Assembly: GCA_964543495.1 (NCBI GenBank)
Contig: CAZIYN010000002.1
Location: 621-35,210 of the forward strand
DNA from: an uncultured Dehalococcoidales bacterium
Lineage (GTDB): Bacteria; Chloroflexota; Dehalococcoidia; Dehalococcoidales; UBA2162
Reading direction: 5' to 3'
DNA: 34,590 nt
This document shows positions 25,441 to 33,570 of the stretch, in pieces. The notes below the pieces were generated by a model. It saw nothing but the letters and a program-made list of their open reading frames with translations, searched no databases and was not told the origin of the DNA. Numbering within the stretch: the first letter of the stretch is position 1; the number at the start of each line of letters is the position of its first letter. The translations under genes and the position numbers were made by a program.

Positions 25441-26463
25441 TTGTCTGGGAGATATGTATACCGGATTGAAGAACTCAGGAAGGAACAGAAAGAGCTTGTT
25501 GGCAACAAGTGCGCCAACCTGGGGGAAATGGCGGGAATGGGACTGCCCGTCCCGGGAGGTTTCGTCCTTACAGTAGAAGCCTATAAAGATTTCCTGAGCG
25601 TGACCGGAGCAGCCGGCGAAATAAGAAAATACCTGAAAGAACAGGGTAATGATGCCTCTGATTCCGCAAAACAGAGTGAGATAAGTGAATATATACGCCG
25701 TATCGTGCAATCAGCGGCAATGCCGGAAGAGATGGGGGAAGAAATTTCCGGTTATTACAAAGCACTCTGCAATACATCTGATTCGCAGGAGGTCGCCGTA
25801 TCGGTACGCTCGTCGGGACCTGTCAGCCACCCCGGACAGTATGAAACGTTCCTGAATATAGCCGGTGAATCGGCGGTAATCGAACATATAAAGAAGGTCT
25901 GGGCAAGCACCTTCAATCCCCGTTCCCTGGCTTTCAGGAGCCGAAAAGGGCTGCCCCTTGAAATCGACCCCATAGGAGTCGCCGTTCTCGAAATGGCGGA
26001 TGCAAAAGCCGCCGGAATTATTTTCACCGCCGACCCCAATACCGGCGACACCTCGCGGATGATAATCGAGGCAAACTGGGGACTGGGAGAAAGCGTCGTT
26101 AGCGGTCAGTCCACGCCGGATATCTTTACTATCGATAAAAACACCCTAGAAATCGTGGAGAAGAAACTGGGTCCCAAGTCCAGCTATATGACTGCGAACA
26201 AAAAAGGGATTACGGAAGTGAAATCATCACAGGAAAAAAGCGCCGCTTTCTGCATCAGCGACGATGAAGTGAAAAAAATTGCCGGGCTGGGCAGGATACT
26301 CGAAGAACACTACGGAGCACCTCAGGACGTGGAATGGGCGGTAAACCGGAACGCCGGGACATCCGACAATATAATACTGCTGCAGACCCGCAACGAGGTA
26401 ATAGCACAGGAAAAGAGCAGCAGTGACCAGATTATCGACCTGATGATAAACCGCTTCTCCTGA
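25441..26463 (+). CDS. PEP synthase/PPDK N-terminal ATP-grasp (nucleotide-binding) domain protein, PpsB-like
   Basis: It has VGNKCANLGEMAGMGLPVPGGFVLT...VAVSVRSSG...SLAFR...GVAVLEM...AAGIIFTADP...IEANWGLGESVVSG...DVEWAV. The TTG start is 1 nt after the upstream stop, with a GGAGAAAG SD. Confidence 0.8.
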   Translation: MSGRYVYRIEELRKEQKELVGNKCANLGEMAGMGLPVPGGFVLTVEAYKDFLSVTGAAGEIRKYLKEQGNDASDSAKQSEISEYIRRIVQSAAMPEEMGEEISGYYKALCNTSDSQEVAVSVRSSGPVSHPGQYETFLNIAGESAVIEHIKKVWASTFNPRSLAFRSRKGLPLEIDPIGVAVLEMADAKAAGIIFTADPNTGDTSRMIIEANWGLGESVVSGQSTPDIFTIDKNTLEIVEKKLGPKSSYMTANKKGITEVKSSQEKSAAFCISDDEVKKIAGLGRILEEHYGAPQDVEWAVNRNAGTSDNIILLQTRNEVIAQEKSSSDQIIDLMINRFS

Positions 26464-26477
26464 AAACAGAGAAACAA

Positions 26478-27218
26478 ATGCCTATAAAAGCTAAATGGGT
26501 TGGAATCGACTTCGGTCAGTGTCTCTGCGACAGCACGCCGGAGCGTACCTACTGGATGATAGGTGACGTCTGCAAGGAACTGGGGCAGCCGGAATTAATC
26601 GATGAGTGCTGCTACAGGTGGCGTGTCCTCAAGGAAAGGTACGGGTCGTGGTCGGTAGTGAAAGAAGGACACCGTGACGAGATAGCCAGCTTCGTTTTCG
26701 ACGGTCATCCGGAGGGAATGACGGTCTTTTCAAAAATGGAGCAGAAGTATATTAAACCGGCGGACGGCACCCTCGACGCCATCAGGTACCTGAAGGGACA
26801 GGGTATAAGGCTTTCGATTGTCGCCGAGCTGAAAAGGACTTTCGGCCCCATCGGCACCGACCAGGTAAGCCTTTTCCTGAGGAACCAGGGGATTTCCGGG
26901 TTTTTCGATTACCTGATTACGCCGCAGGGGAAGGTAGACCTGACGAACGGTTCGGTGGATGAAAGGTACAAAGGTTCTTCGAAGGAAACGGGCGACCTTT
27001 ACGATATCCTTGTAGAAGACCTGTCGGAGCTCGGAATAAAGCCAGCCGAAGCGGTAATGCTGGGCGACAAGGAATGGTCGGATATCACCCCGGCCCGGAA
27101 GAGGGGACTGAAGGCGGTCTGCTATACCGGGTTTATCTACCGTGGAGAGTCCGCCGCCGAATACACAATCAGGCATTTTTCGGAAGTGAAGAACGTTATT
27201 GAAGGATACGGTGAATGA
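26478..27218 (+). CDS. HAD-superfamily-like hydrolase with non-canonical motif I
   Basis: Motif IV is recognisable (VMLGDKEWSDITPARKRGLKAV). Motif I reads VGIDFGQCL, that is D-x-G instead of D-x-D. Confidence 0.5.
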   Translation: MPIKAKWVGIDFGQCLCDSTPERTYWMIGDVCKELGQPELIDECCYRWRVLKERYGSWSVVKEGHRDEIASFVFDGHPEGMTVFSKMEQKYIKPADGTLDAIRYLKGQGIRLSIVAELKRTFGPIGTDQVSLFLRNQGISGFFDYLITPQGKVDLTNGSVDERYKGSSKETGDLYDILVEDLSELGIKPAEAVMLGDKEWSDITPARKRGLKAVCYTGFIYRGESAAEYTIRHFSEVKNVIEGYGE

Positions 27219-27901
27219 AGAAACTGAAAAGCCTGCGCCTGGTCTACGAGGACGGTACTGAAAAGGTACTGGACGCCTCCGAACTAGAAGCGTCATTGCA
27301 GTCGGCGCTTGCCGGGTCCGGTCTGTCGGAAGCTCCGCCGGAGATTTCCCCGGCAGGTAACTACCTCGTGATGGAATGGAAGGACGGATGGCAGGAAGTA
27401 ATGGCGGTGAACAGCGATATCGCTGAACTGCTCAGGTACTACGTTATCAGGCGCATCGAGAACAAGGGTAGACTCGTACTGGATACAGGCGCCGATTATC
27501 CGGAGCTTACGATAGTGGAAAGAACGCCGATGGACATCAGCCGGATTCTGTTGGTCGGCGAAAGCGGAGTCAGGTCGTACAGCCTCGAACATGAAATAGA
27601 AGGATACGAAGGTACATTCGAAGCCGGCGGTAAAAAAGAATTTACAAAATACGACAGGGAGAACCCGGATTTCAACAACAACCTCAGCATTTCCCCGGAG
27701 AGTATCAAAGGAATAATGAAATCAATCTCAAACATACTTGCGGACAAGAAGCTCTCTCCCGATAAATTACTGGCTATGGAAAAAGACCGCCGTATCCGCG
27801 AATACGCAGGAATCGCGAAGACAGCCGGAATCAGAGGGGTAAAAAAACAGAGTGATGTCTATGGTTTTGTAGAGCTTGTCCTTAAGAAAATGACAGACTG
27901 A
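27215..27901 (+). CDS. Hypothetical protein (228 aa), translationally coupled to the HAD-like gene
   Basis: It has an ATGA start/stop overlap and a GAAGGA SD. I recognise no family. Confidence 0.55.
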   Translation: MKKLKSLRLVYEDGTEKVLDASELEASLQSALAGSGLSEAPPEISPAGNYLVMEWKDGWQEVMAVNSDIAELLRYYVIRRIENKGRLVLDTGADYPELTIVERTPMDISRILLVGESGVRSYSLEHEIEGYEGTFEAGGKKEFTKYDRENPDFNNNLSISPESIKGIMKSISNILADKKLSPDKLLAMEKDRRIREYAGIAKTAGIRGVKKQSDVYGFVELVLKKMTD

Positions 27902-27906
27902 GATAT

Positions 27907-29418
27907 TTACGGATTATAGTCTCTATAGCTCAAGTGACCTAGCCTGTCATTCACGCTCCTGGCAATCGACTCCGCCTCGCTGTCACCTTTATCCTTTACC
28001 AGCCTGTTAACCGCTTTATAGAAATCCCTGATTTCCTCAAGCGAGTAACCGATAGAAGTCAGGTAGCAGGCGGTATGCTCGCCGGCGGGGAAACTGATCG
28101 AGCCTGTTACCTCGGAAACTATCCGGGTCATTGCCGCGGCGGCTTCTTCGCTGGTCATCGTATCGTGCTTCCAGTTCAGCCCCTCGCCCTCTATGTTAAA
28201 CTGCTCCCGGTTGACATATGCCCTTGTCCTGGGAGCCAGGAAAAGACTGAAAAGGGTGAACGTATCCGGGGCGGCTTCATTTATCAGCTCGATTGTCTCG
28301 GTCACCGTCTCCTGAGTTTCCCCGGGGAAACCGACCACCACGTTGAAATTGGTAATAATATCGAGGTCTCTTGCCTGCCGCGCCACTTCCACTACCGCAT
28401 CCTTTGAATAATCCCTCCCCATTTTATGCAGCACGTCTATCGAGCCCGATTCCAGCCCGAGGTCAAGCGCCAGACAACCCGAATTCTTCATCTTCTCCAG
28501 CAGATTCCGGTCAAGGTTTTCTATACGGGCGTAAGACGACCACTTGACATCGATTCCGTTCCCGATACATTTCTCGTATATCGCGTCGCATACCCCGGCG
28601 CATCTTGCGGGTGGAGAAGAAAAACAGGAATCGGCAAAACGGAAGGTCTTAATACCCAGCTTTTCCACATCGAATAGTATTTCCTCGACCACTCTTTCAG
28701 TAGTACGGTACCGCACCGGTTTTCCCCAGTAACTTACTTCCGAGCAATACGCGCAGTTATAGGGACACCCCCTGCCTGTCTCCACAGGCAATACGGGAAA
28801 CCTTTTCGGTGAAGGAATCCCCATCAGGTCCCAGGCGGGTATCGGCAGGCTGGCCATATCGACCGGCTGTCCGCGACCGTTCACGACCACTTCACCGTTC
28901 CGCCTGAAAGCCAGGCTGTTCACCCGGTGGGGACTGTTTCCTGCCTGAATTTCTTTTATAAGCTCAAGGAAGACCTGCTCCCCCTCCTGCAGCAGAATAT
29001 AGTCCAGTTCCGGAATATACTGTAAAATCAGTTCAGGCGGTATCGACCAGCTAATGGGACCTCCGAGGACAATTACCGACTGCGGGTTTTCCTCCCTCGC
29101 CTGTCCGGCGATACGTTTCACGTCTTCGAGGGTCATAAAGGTGGATGAGATACCGATAACACCGGCATCCGTAAACTGCACTTCGTCGAAGAAAAAGTCG
29201 GCTATCTTCACACGGAGTCCCTGCTGCCTGAGGTAACCGCCGACAACGGCGGCGCCAAGTGAAGGAACAGAGCACTGGTAGGTATTCTTGCCGGACATAC
29301 CGAGCATAATTATCACGGGGTCGCAGACCATTCCCATCTGCTCGAGCTGGGGAATATCCACCGGCGAAACACCGGTAATTATCAGGACATCGGCTTCTTG
29401 TTTTTCAGGACTCGCCAA
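27907..29418 (-). CDS. B12-binding-domain radical SAM protein (class B)
   Basis: It has an N-terminal Rossmann-like B12-binding region (ADVLIITGVS...IVLGGPISW) and a radical-SAM cluster motif GRGCPYNCAYCSE (CX3CX2C). The TTG start has a GAGGTGG SD 7 nt upstream. Confidence 0.85.
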   Translation of the reverse strand: MASPEKQEADVLIITGVSPVDIPQLEQMGMVCDPVIIMLGMSGKNTYQCSVPSLGAAVVGGYLRQQGLRVKIADFFFDEVQFTDAGVIGISSTFMTLEDVKRIAGQAREENPQSVIVLGGPISWSIPPELILQYIPELDYILLQEGEQVFLELIKEIQAGNSPHRVNSLAFRRNGEVVVNGRGQPVDMASLPIPAWDLMGIPSPKRFPVLPVETGRGCPYNCAYCSEVSYWGKPVRYRTTERVVEEILFDVEKLGIKTFRFADSCFSSPPARCAGVCDAIYEKCIGNGIDVKWSSYARIENLDRNLLEKMKNSGCLALDLGLESGSIDVLHKMGRDYSKDAVVEVARQARDLDIITNFNVVVGFPGETQETVTETIELINEAAPDTFTLFSLFLAPRTRAYVNREQFNIEGEGLNWKHDTMTSEEAAAAMTRIVSEVTGSISFPAGEHTACYLTSIGYSLEEIRDFYKAVNRLVKDKGDSEAESIARSVNDRLGHLSYRDYNP

Positions 29419-29441
29419 ATGTTTTCCACCTCTCTGTGGTG

Positions 29442-29471
29442 ATTATATCAGGCATACCTCTCCAACATCAA
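29442..29471 (-). promoter_or_regulatory. Candidate promoter of the radical SAM gene
   Basis: On the minus strand: TTGATG (29471-29466), an 18-nt spacer, then TATAAT (29447-29442). The 10-bp palindrome TGTACGTACA (29478-29487) lies just upstream. Confidence 0.4.
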
Positions 29472-29517
29472 AAGTGCTGTACGTACAATATATTTACCCG
29501 GTCTTATGGGTCTGTCT

Positions 29518-30438
29518 TTATTCCCTGTGCGAGCCTGAGTACCTTCCCGAAGGTCCTGCGGTGAAGACCAGGGTAGGCTTCTTGATATCTGTCCATTTCC
29601 AGGGGCAGTGTTTCAAGCCCTTCGGTATACATACCAACGAGTTTTTCGTAAAGTAATGAGTCTCGTCTCCGAGAACGAGGCTCATCTCTCCACCCAAATC
29701 GTTCGGGTTTTCGGGGTCGCATCCCACCATAGCGATGACTTCTTCCCAATCGTGGTTGTGCCCAAGTGGCGGTGCGGCGCCGGCACCTTCGTATATCCAG
29801 ACGAAGTCGATATAGAACGAACCTTCAACCACATTATCTTCAAGGTGCATAACGTGAGCGCCCTTAGACGTGGATTCCCGCGGGGGTCTCGGTGGCGCGC
29901 CTTCTATATTTCCGTCGAATTCAGCCACGTCTGTTATTATTTTACACCCGGATACTGCCGCACCTTCAGCAGGCTTGCTGTCACCCGTCGGTGTCCTGGT
30001 ATATTTCCTGGAAGGTGCTAAAGTCGTAAAGAAAACCGGTTTGTCTATCCTGTTGAATATAATCGGGCAGTGCCTGGCTCCGGCAGGGACGAATATCAGG
30101 CAGGTTCTGTCCAGTACATGCTTTTCATCGTCCAGCCAGATTGTTATCTCTCCTCCGAGACTCTGCGGGTCTTCCCTGTCCGAACCGATAAACCCGATAA
30201 CCTCATCGAAGTCGTGGACATGTGGTTCCTCAACCTTATCTTCGGAAGAACCTTTCCAGAGCCACGCGCAGTCGATATAGAACATATCCTCGATAATGTC
30301 GCTATCGACGGTCAGCAGGTGAGTCGACTCAACCGTCGACTTGCTTTCGCGGCGTCTGGTCTCGATTTCTTCTCTTTGCTCGGGTGGAAGAGGCCTGGGT
30401 CCGGTTACTATGTATTTTGAGTATTTTAATGAAGTCAT
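29518..30438 (-). CDS. Bicupin-like protein (tandem duplicated cupin-type domain)
   Basis: There are two about 105-aa repeats, each with HxHD..EVI (cupin motif 1-like) and P.G..HCP (motif 2-like). An AGGAGAG SD lies upstream. Confidence 0.6.
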   Translation of the reverse strand: MTSLKYSKYIVTGPRPLPPEQREEIETRRRESKSTVESTHLLTVDSDIIEDMFYIDCAWLWKGSSEDKVEEPHVHDFDEVIGFIGSDREDPQSLGGEITIWLDDEKHVLDRTCLIFVPAGARHCPIIFNRIDKPVFFTTLAPSRKYTRTPTGDSKPAEGAAVSGCKIITDVAEFDGNIEGAPPRPPRESTSKGAHVMHLEDNVVEGSFYIDFVWIYEGAGAAPPLGHNHDWEEVIAMVGCDPENPNDLGGEMSLVLGDETHYFTKNSLVCIPKGLKHCPWKWTDIKKPTLVFTAGPSGRYSGSHRE

Positions 30439-30481
30439 CTTACTCTCCTGAATATTATCTGAATATGGCGTAATGCTTCTG

Positions 30482-31591
30482 CTAGGTGCCTATTACTATT
30501 TCATCGCCTTCCCACCTGTATTTAGCATTGAGGCCTGCTTGTCCGGTTATTTTTTCTATATAACTAAATACTTCCCGTCCTCTCTCGTCATTCTTAAGTA
30601 GCTCGGGCTTGCCCTTTTTATCGACCATGCAGGGGAGATAACTCACCCGGGTAATTATTCCGTCGTCTATAGTGCACCTGGCAATCATTGTATATACCGA
30701 CTCGGGATGCCACGGATATACAGCCAGGTTCACCGGCTCGAACATCTTCTTCATATTCTCCGTCAACTGCTTCAACCGTTCGGTCTGCGGATTCACGTGA
30801 ACGTTTGAGACCGAAACGAAGTTTCCCAGGTTGTGAAAAATCGTCTTTCCTTTGTACTGCTCAATCCCCTTGCATATATGGGCGTGATGTCCCAGAATCA
30901 AATCTGCCCCGGCATCTATAGCTGCGTATGACAGCGGTTGTTCATACATAGCCAGCTCGGCCGGCCTATGAAGGATACCCTTATGCAGGGCTACCACCAG
31001 GACATCGCAGAGCGGCCTGAGTTTCCGGATATCTTCCACCATTCCCTGACGGCTGGCAAGCTCGGCGAAGGTATATGGAGTGGGAGGTCTGTTCGGACCG
31101 GTTGGTTCGTTGTGCGTTATGACTCTGACATAGGCACATCCCGGTTTGTCCGGTGTAGCCCACCCGGCTTCGGGGCCGACGCAGTTATAATTCAGAAAAC
31201 CGAATCGAGTACCCTTGCGCTCGATTATAGTCGGTTTTCTCGCTTCATCGATATTCATTCCGGCTCCCACAATATCAATGCCGTACTTCCGCACTCCAGC
31301 AATGGTGTCCTCCATCCCCGGTACACCCCAGTCCCATATATGGTTTTGAGCGAAGGTGAGTACATCGAAACCGGCATAGGGTAAAGCGCTCATATGTTTC
31401 GGGTTGCAGGGCGGCGAGTTGGTGTATGAAAATGTCTGCTCAAGCCTTTCTGTAAAGACACATTCCAGGTTTCCCACGGTTATATCGGCAGCTTTCAGCA
31501 CGGGTGCAGTCGATTCGAAGTACGACTCTGCATCGGGTAACCTGAGAATGATATCTCCCACTCCCAGCATGGTGATGGTCCCGGCAGCCAT
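30482..31591 (-). CDS. CapA / PGA_cap family metallophosphoesterase-like protein
   Basis: It has MLGVGDIIL at the N-terminus, NLECVF, ...FAQNHIWDWG, VVALHKG and LILGHHAHI blocks typical of CapA-family proteins. A GGAGGT SD lies upstream. Confidence 0.7.
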   Translation of the reverse strand: MAAGTITMLGVGDIILRLPDAESYFESTAPVLKAADITVGNLECVFTERLEQTFSYTNSPPCNPKHMSALPYAGFDVLTFAQNHIWDWGVPGMEDTIAGVRKYGIDIVGAGMNIDEARKPTIIERKGTRFGFLNYNCVGPEAGWATPDKPGCAYVRVITHNEPTGPNRPPTPYTFAELASRQGMVEDIRKLRPLCDVLVVALHKGILHRPAELAMYEQPLSYAAIDAGADLILGHHAHICKGIEQYKGKTIFHNLGNFVSVSNVHVNPQTERLKQLTENMKKMFEPVNLAVYPWHPESVYTMIARCTIDDGIITRVSYLPCMVDKKGKPELLKNDERGREVFSYIEKITGQAGLNAKYRWEGDEIVIGT

Positions 31592-31618
31592 ATTTTCTAC
31601 CTCCAGTATTTAATTCAC

Positions 31619-33556
31619 TTAAAACTTTTCGGCTATATCATCGAGCCCGAGTTCGATTAGTTTCTGCCTGGTAGGGGCTCCCGTCTTTTTATCCCAGCCT
31701 CTCACTTCGTAGTATTCGTCAAGCACCCGGTTGATAGTCTCCCGGGATAGTACTGCTCCTTTTGCAGGTCCATCGGGCAGCGGCTCTTCAAAGAACCTGT
31801 CCGGCAAAGTGTCGTCCTTCCTGCTCTGACCCTCCCTGACGGCGTATGCCTTGAAAAGGTTGAAAATCCGTTCTCCGGACTCCATAAGCTCCTCAGGAGT
31901 TGTATCAATACCCGTGTAAGCCGAATATATCCCGGAAAGGTAGGTGGGACCTATACCGAGACGCCCGCCGACAAACAGGTCCGTTCCCAGGGCGTTCTGG
32001 ACCGAGTACAGGTCCTGGAGCCATTTGGTATAGAGTGCTTTCCCTTCCCAGGTGGAATGGATTTCCTGCGGTGGAGTCTTGAAAATCTTTTTCTTTATAT
32101 CATCGAATATATCGAATTCATCTATCCACCAGTTAGGGTCATAGATATCGGAGTCCTGTGCGGTATGTCCGCCCTTAATATTATCACCGCCCCTGGGACT
32201 GGTAATATGACACAGGACGTATATCTTCTGGTGCGCCCTCGGGTCACCGTCTATTATCTCCACGCCCTTGGTCGTCATTACAAAACGTTCGGCTCCCCTG
32301 CCGATTTCTTCCGCTGCTTTCACACTGCCCCCGGCCAGGACATTACCGAATCCTTCCCTGTACGCTATTTTTCGTATCAGTTCCATAACGGAATCTTCAT
32401 TACCCCAGCCCAGGTCCAGACTGTCGGTGTCACTTTTATCGATTATGCCTCTCTGAAATAGTTCCATGGCATAAGCAATCGTACCCGATGCTCCGCCGTA
32501 GTCTATCCCGAACCGCTGACATAACTCCTTGCTTTTTAATATTGCCGGAACATTATCGATTGCGCAGTTTGCTCCGAACGCGCAAATAACCCCTATCGCA
32601 GTCCCCCGGCCTATTATCGTTCCGGCGTACTTCCCCTCTTTCACCTCGGATACCTGAAAACATTGCGCCGGGCAAGCATAACAACTTTTCCTGCCGCTGT
32701 CATATTTTCTGTTTATTTCACGGTTTCCCCTGGTCTCCAGAAAGTCCGGTAAAATCCCTGCCGTAAAATTTTTTGCTCTCAGTCCGCCTTCTTCTATATA
32801 CCGCCTTAGTCCACCTCCCATGCCGCTGTAGCTGCCGGGCATCATTGCCGCTTTACGACTGGCCTCCTGACACTCATTCATCTCCGCTACAGCTTTATTA
32901 AATTCCTCCGGTCTGACAGGACGCAGGACTCCGCTACCCTGAACCACTATAGCTTTTAGCTTCTTGGCTCCCATTACCGCTCCGGCGCCGGTCCTGTTGG
33001 CACCGTGATGAAGGTCGGTAATCGGACATGCATACGGGACCAGGTTCTCTCCTGCCTGCCCGATTGCGATTACCCCGACTCTCGGTGCCGGTTCCGTCTC
33101 CTGCTCGAGAATACCTGTTGTTTCGTATGTATCCTTTCCCCATAGGTGACCGGCTTCTCTTACCTCAACGCCGTCGCTGTCAATCCAGAGATACACAGGT
33201 TTTTCAGCCTCGCCTCTGACAACCAGCACATCATATCCGGCACGCTTCAGGTGTACACCCCAGACTCCGCCCGTGTTCCCCGTACCTATGTTCCCCGTCT
33301 GCGGGTGCTTGGTGGTGATTTCCGTCCTGCAGGTTCCGGGTATCTGCGACCCTGAGAAAGTCCCGGGGGCAAAGACAACGATATTTTCAGGACTCAGGGG
33401 TCCGATTTCAGGCCCTGCTTCATTGTAAAGAATCCTGTTGCTGAACCCCATTCCACCCATATACTTTCGGGTAAATTCAGGGTCAATATCGGTCTTTACG
33501 ACTTTTCCTGTCGATAAATCTACATCGAGTATTTTTTTCTTTCCGGTTACATCCAT
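31619..33556 (-). CDS. Aldehyde:ferredoxin oxidoreductase family enzyme (645 aa), second paralogue
   Basis: It has ILDVDLSTGKV...YMGGMGFSNRILY, NRTGAGAVMGAKKLKAIVV, and the canonical CYACPAQC (CX2CX3C) cluster motif. Confidence 0.85.
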   Translation of the reverse strand: MDVTGKKKILDVDLSTGKVVKTDIDPEFTRKYMGGMGFSNRILYNEAGPEIGPLSPENIVVFAPGTFSGSQIPGTCRTEITTKHPQTGNIGTGNTGGVWGVHLKRAGYDVLVVRGEAEKPVYLWIDSDGVEVREAGHLWGKDTYETTGILEQETEPAPRVGVIAIGQAGENLVPYACPITDLHHGANRTGAGAVMGAKKLKAIVVQGSGVLRPVRPEEFNKAVAEMNECQEASRKAAMMPGSYSGMGGGLRRYIEEGGLRAKNFTAGILPDFLETRGNREINRKYDSGRKSCYACPAQCFQVSEVKEGKYAGTIIGRGTAIGVICAFGANCAIDNVPAILKSKELCQRFGIDYGGASGTIAYAMELFQRGIIDKSDTDSLDLGWGNEDSVMELIRKIAYREGFGNVLAGGSVKAAEEIGRGAERFVMTTKGVEIIDGDPRAHQKIYVLCHITSPRGGDNIKGGHTAQDSDIYDPNWWIDEFDIFDDIKKKIFKTPPQEIHSTWEGKALYTKWLQDLYSVQNALGTDLFVGGRLGIGPTYLSGIYSAYTGIDTTPEELMESGERIFNLFKAYAVREGQSRKDDTLPDRFFEEPLPDGPAKGAVLSRETINRVLDEYYEVRGWDKKTGAPTRQKLIELGLDDIAEKF

Positions 33557-33570
33557 TCGTTCAACTATCT

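Noticed and set aside
24465-25517. A 350-aa ORF antisense to the PpsA-like gene. Similar cases are 3909-4418, 26730-27296 and 14525-14944.
   Set aside because: This is the same codon-aligned antisense artefact (offset divisible by 3 relative to the sense ORF). There are no motifs, and in each case the sense strand carries strong family signatures.
29405-29455. A 16-aa upstream ORF (MPDIITTERWKTFGES) overlapping the radical SAM start, considered as a possible leader or RiPP-like peptide.
   Set aside because: The candidate -10 box lies inside it, so it would not be transcribed from that promoter. The SD-to-ATG spacing is only about 1 nt. It is also too short and featureless to support.
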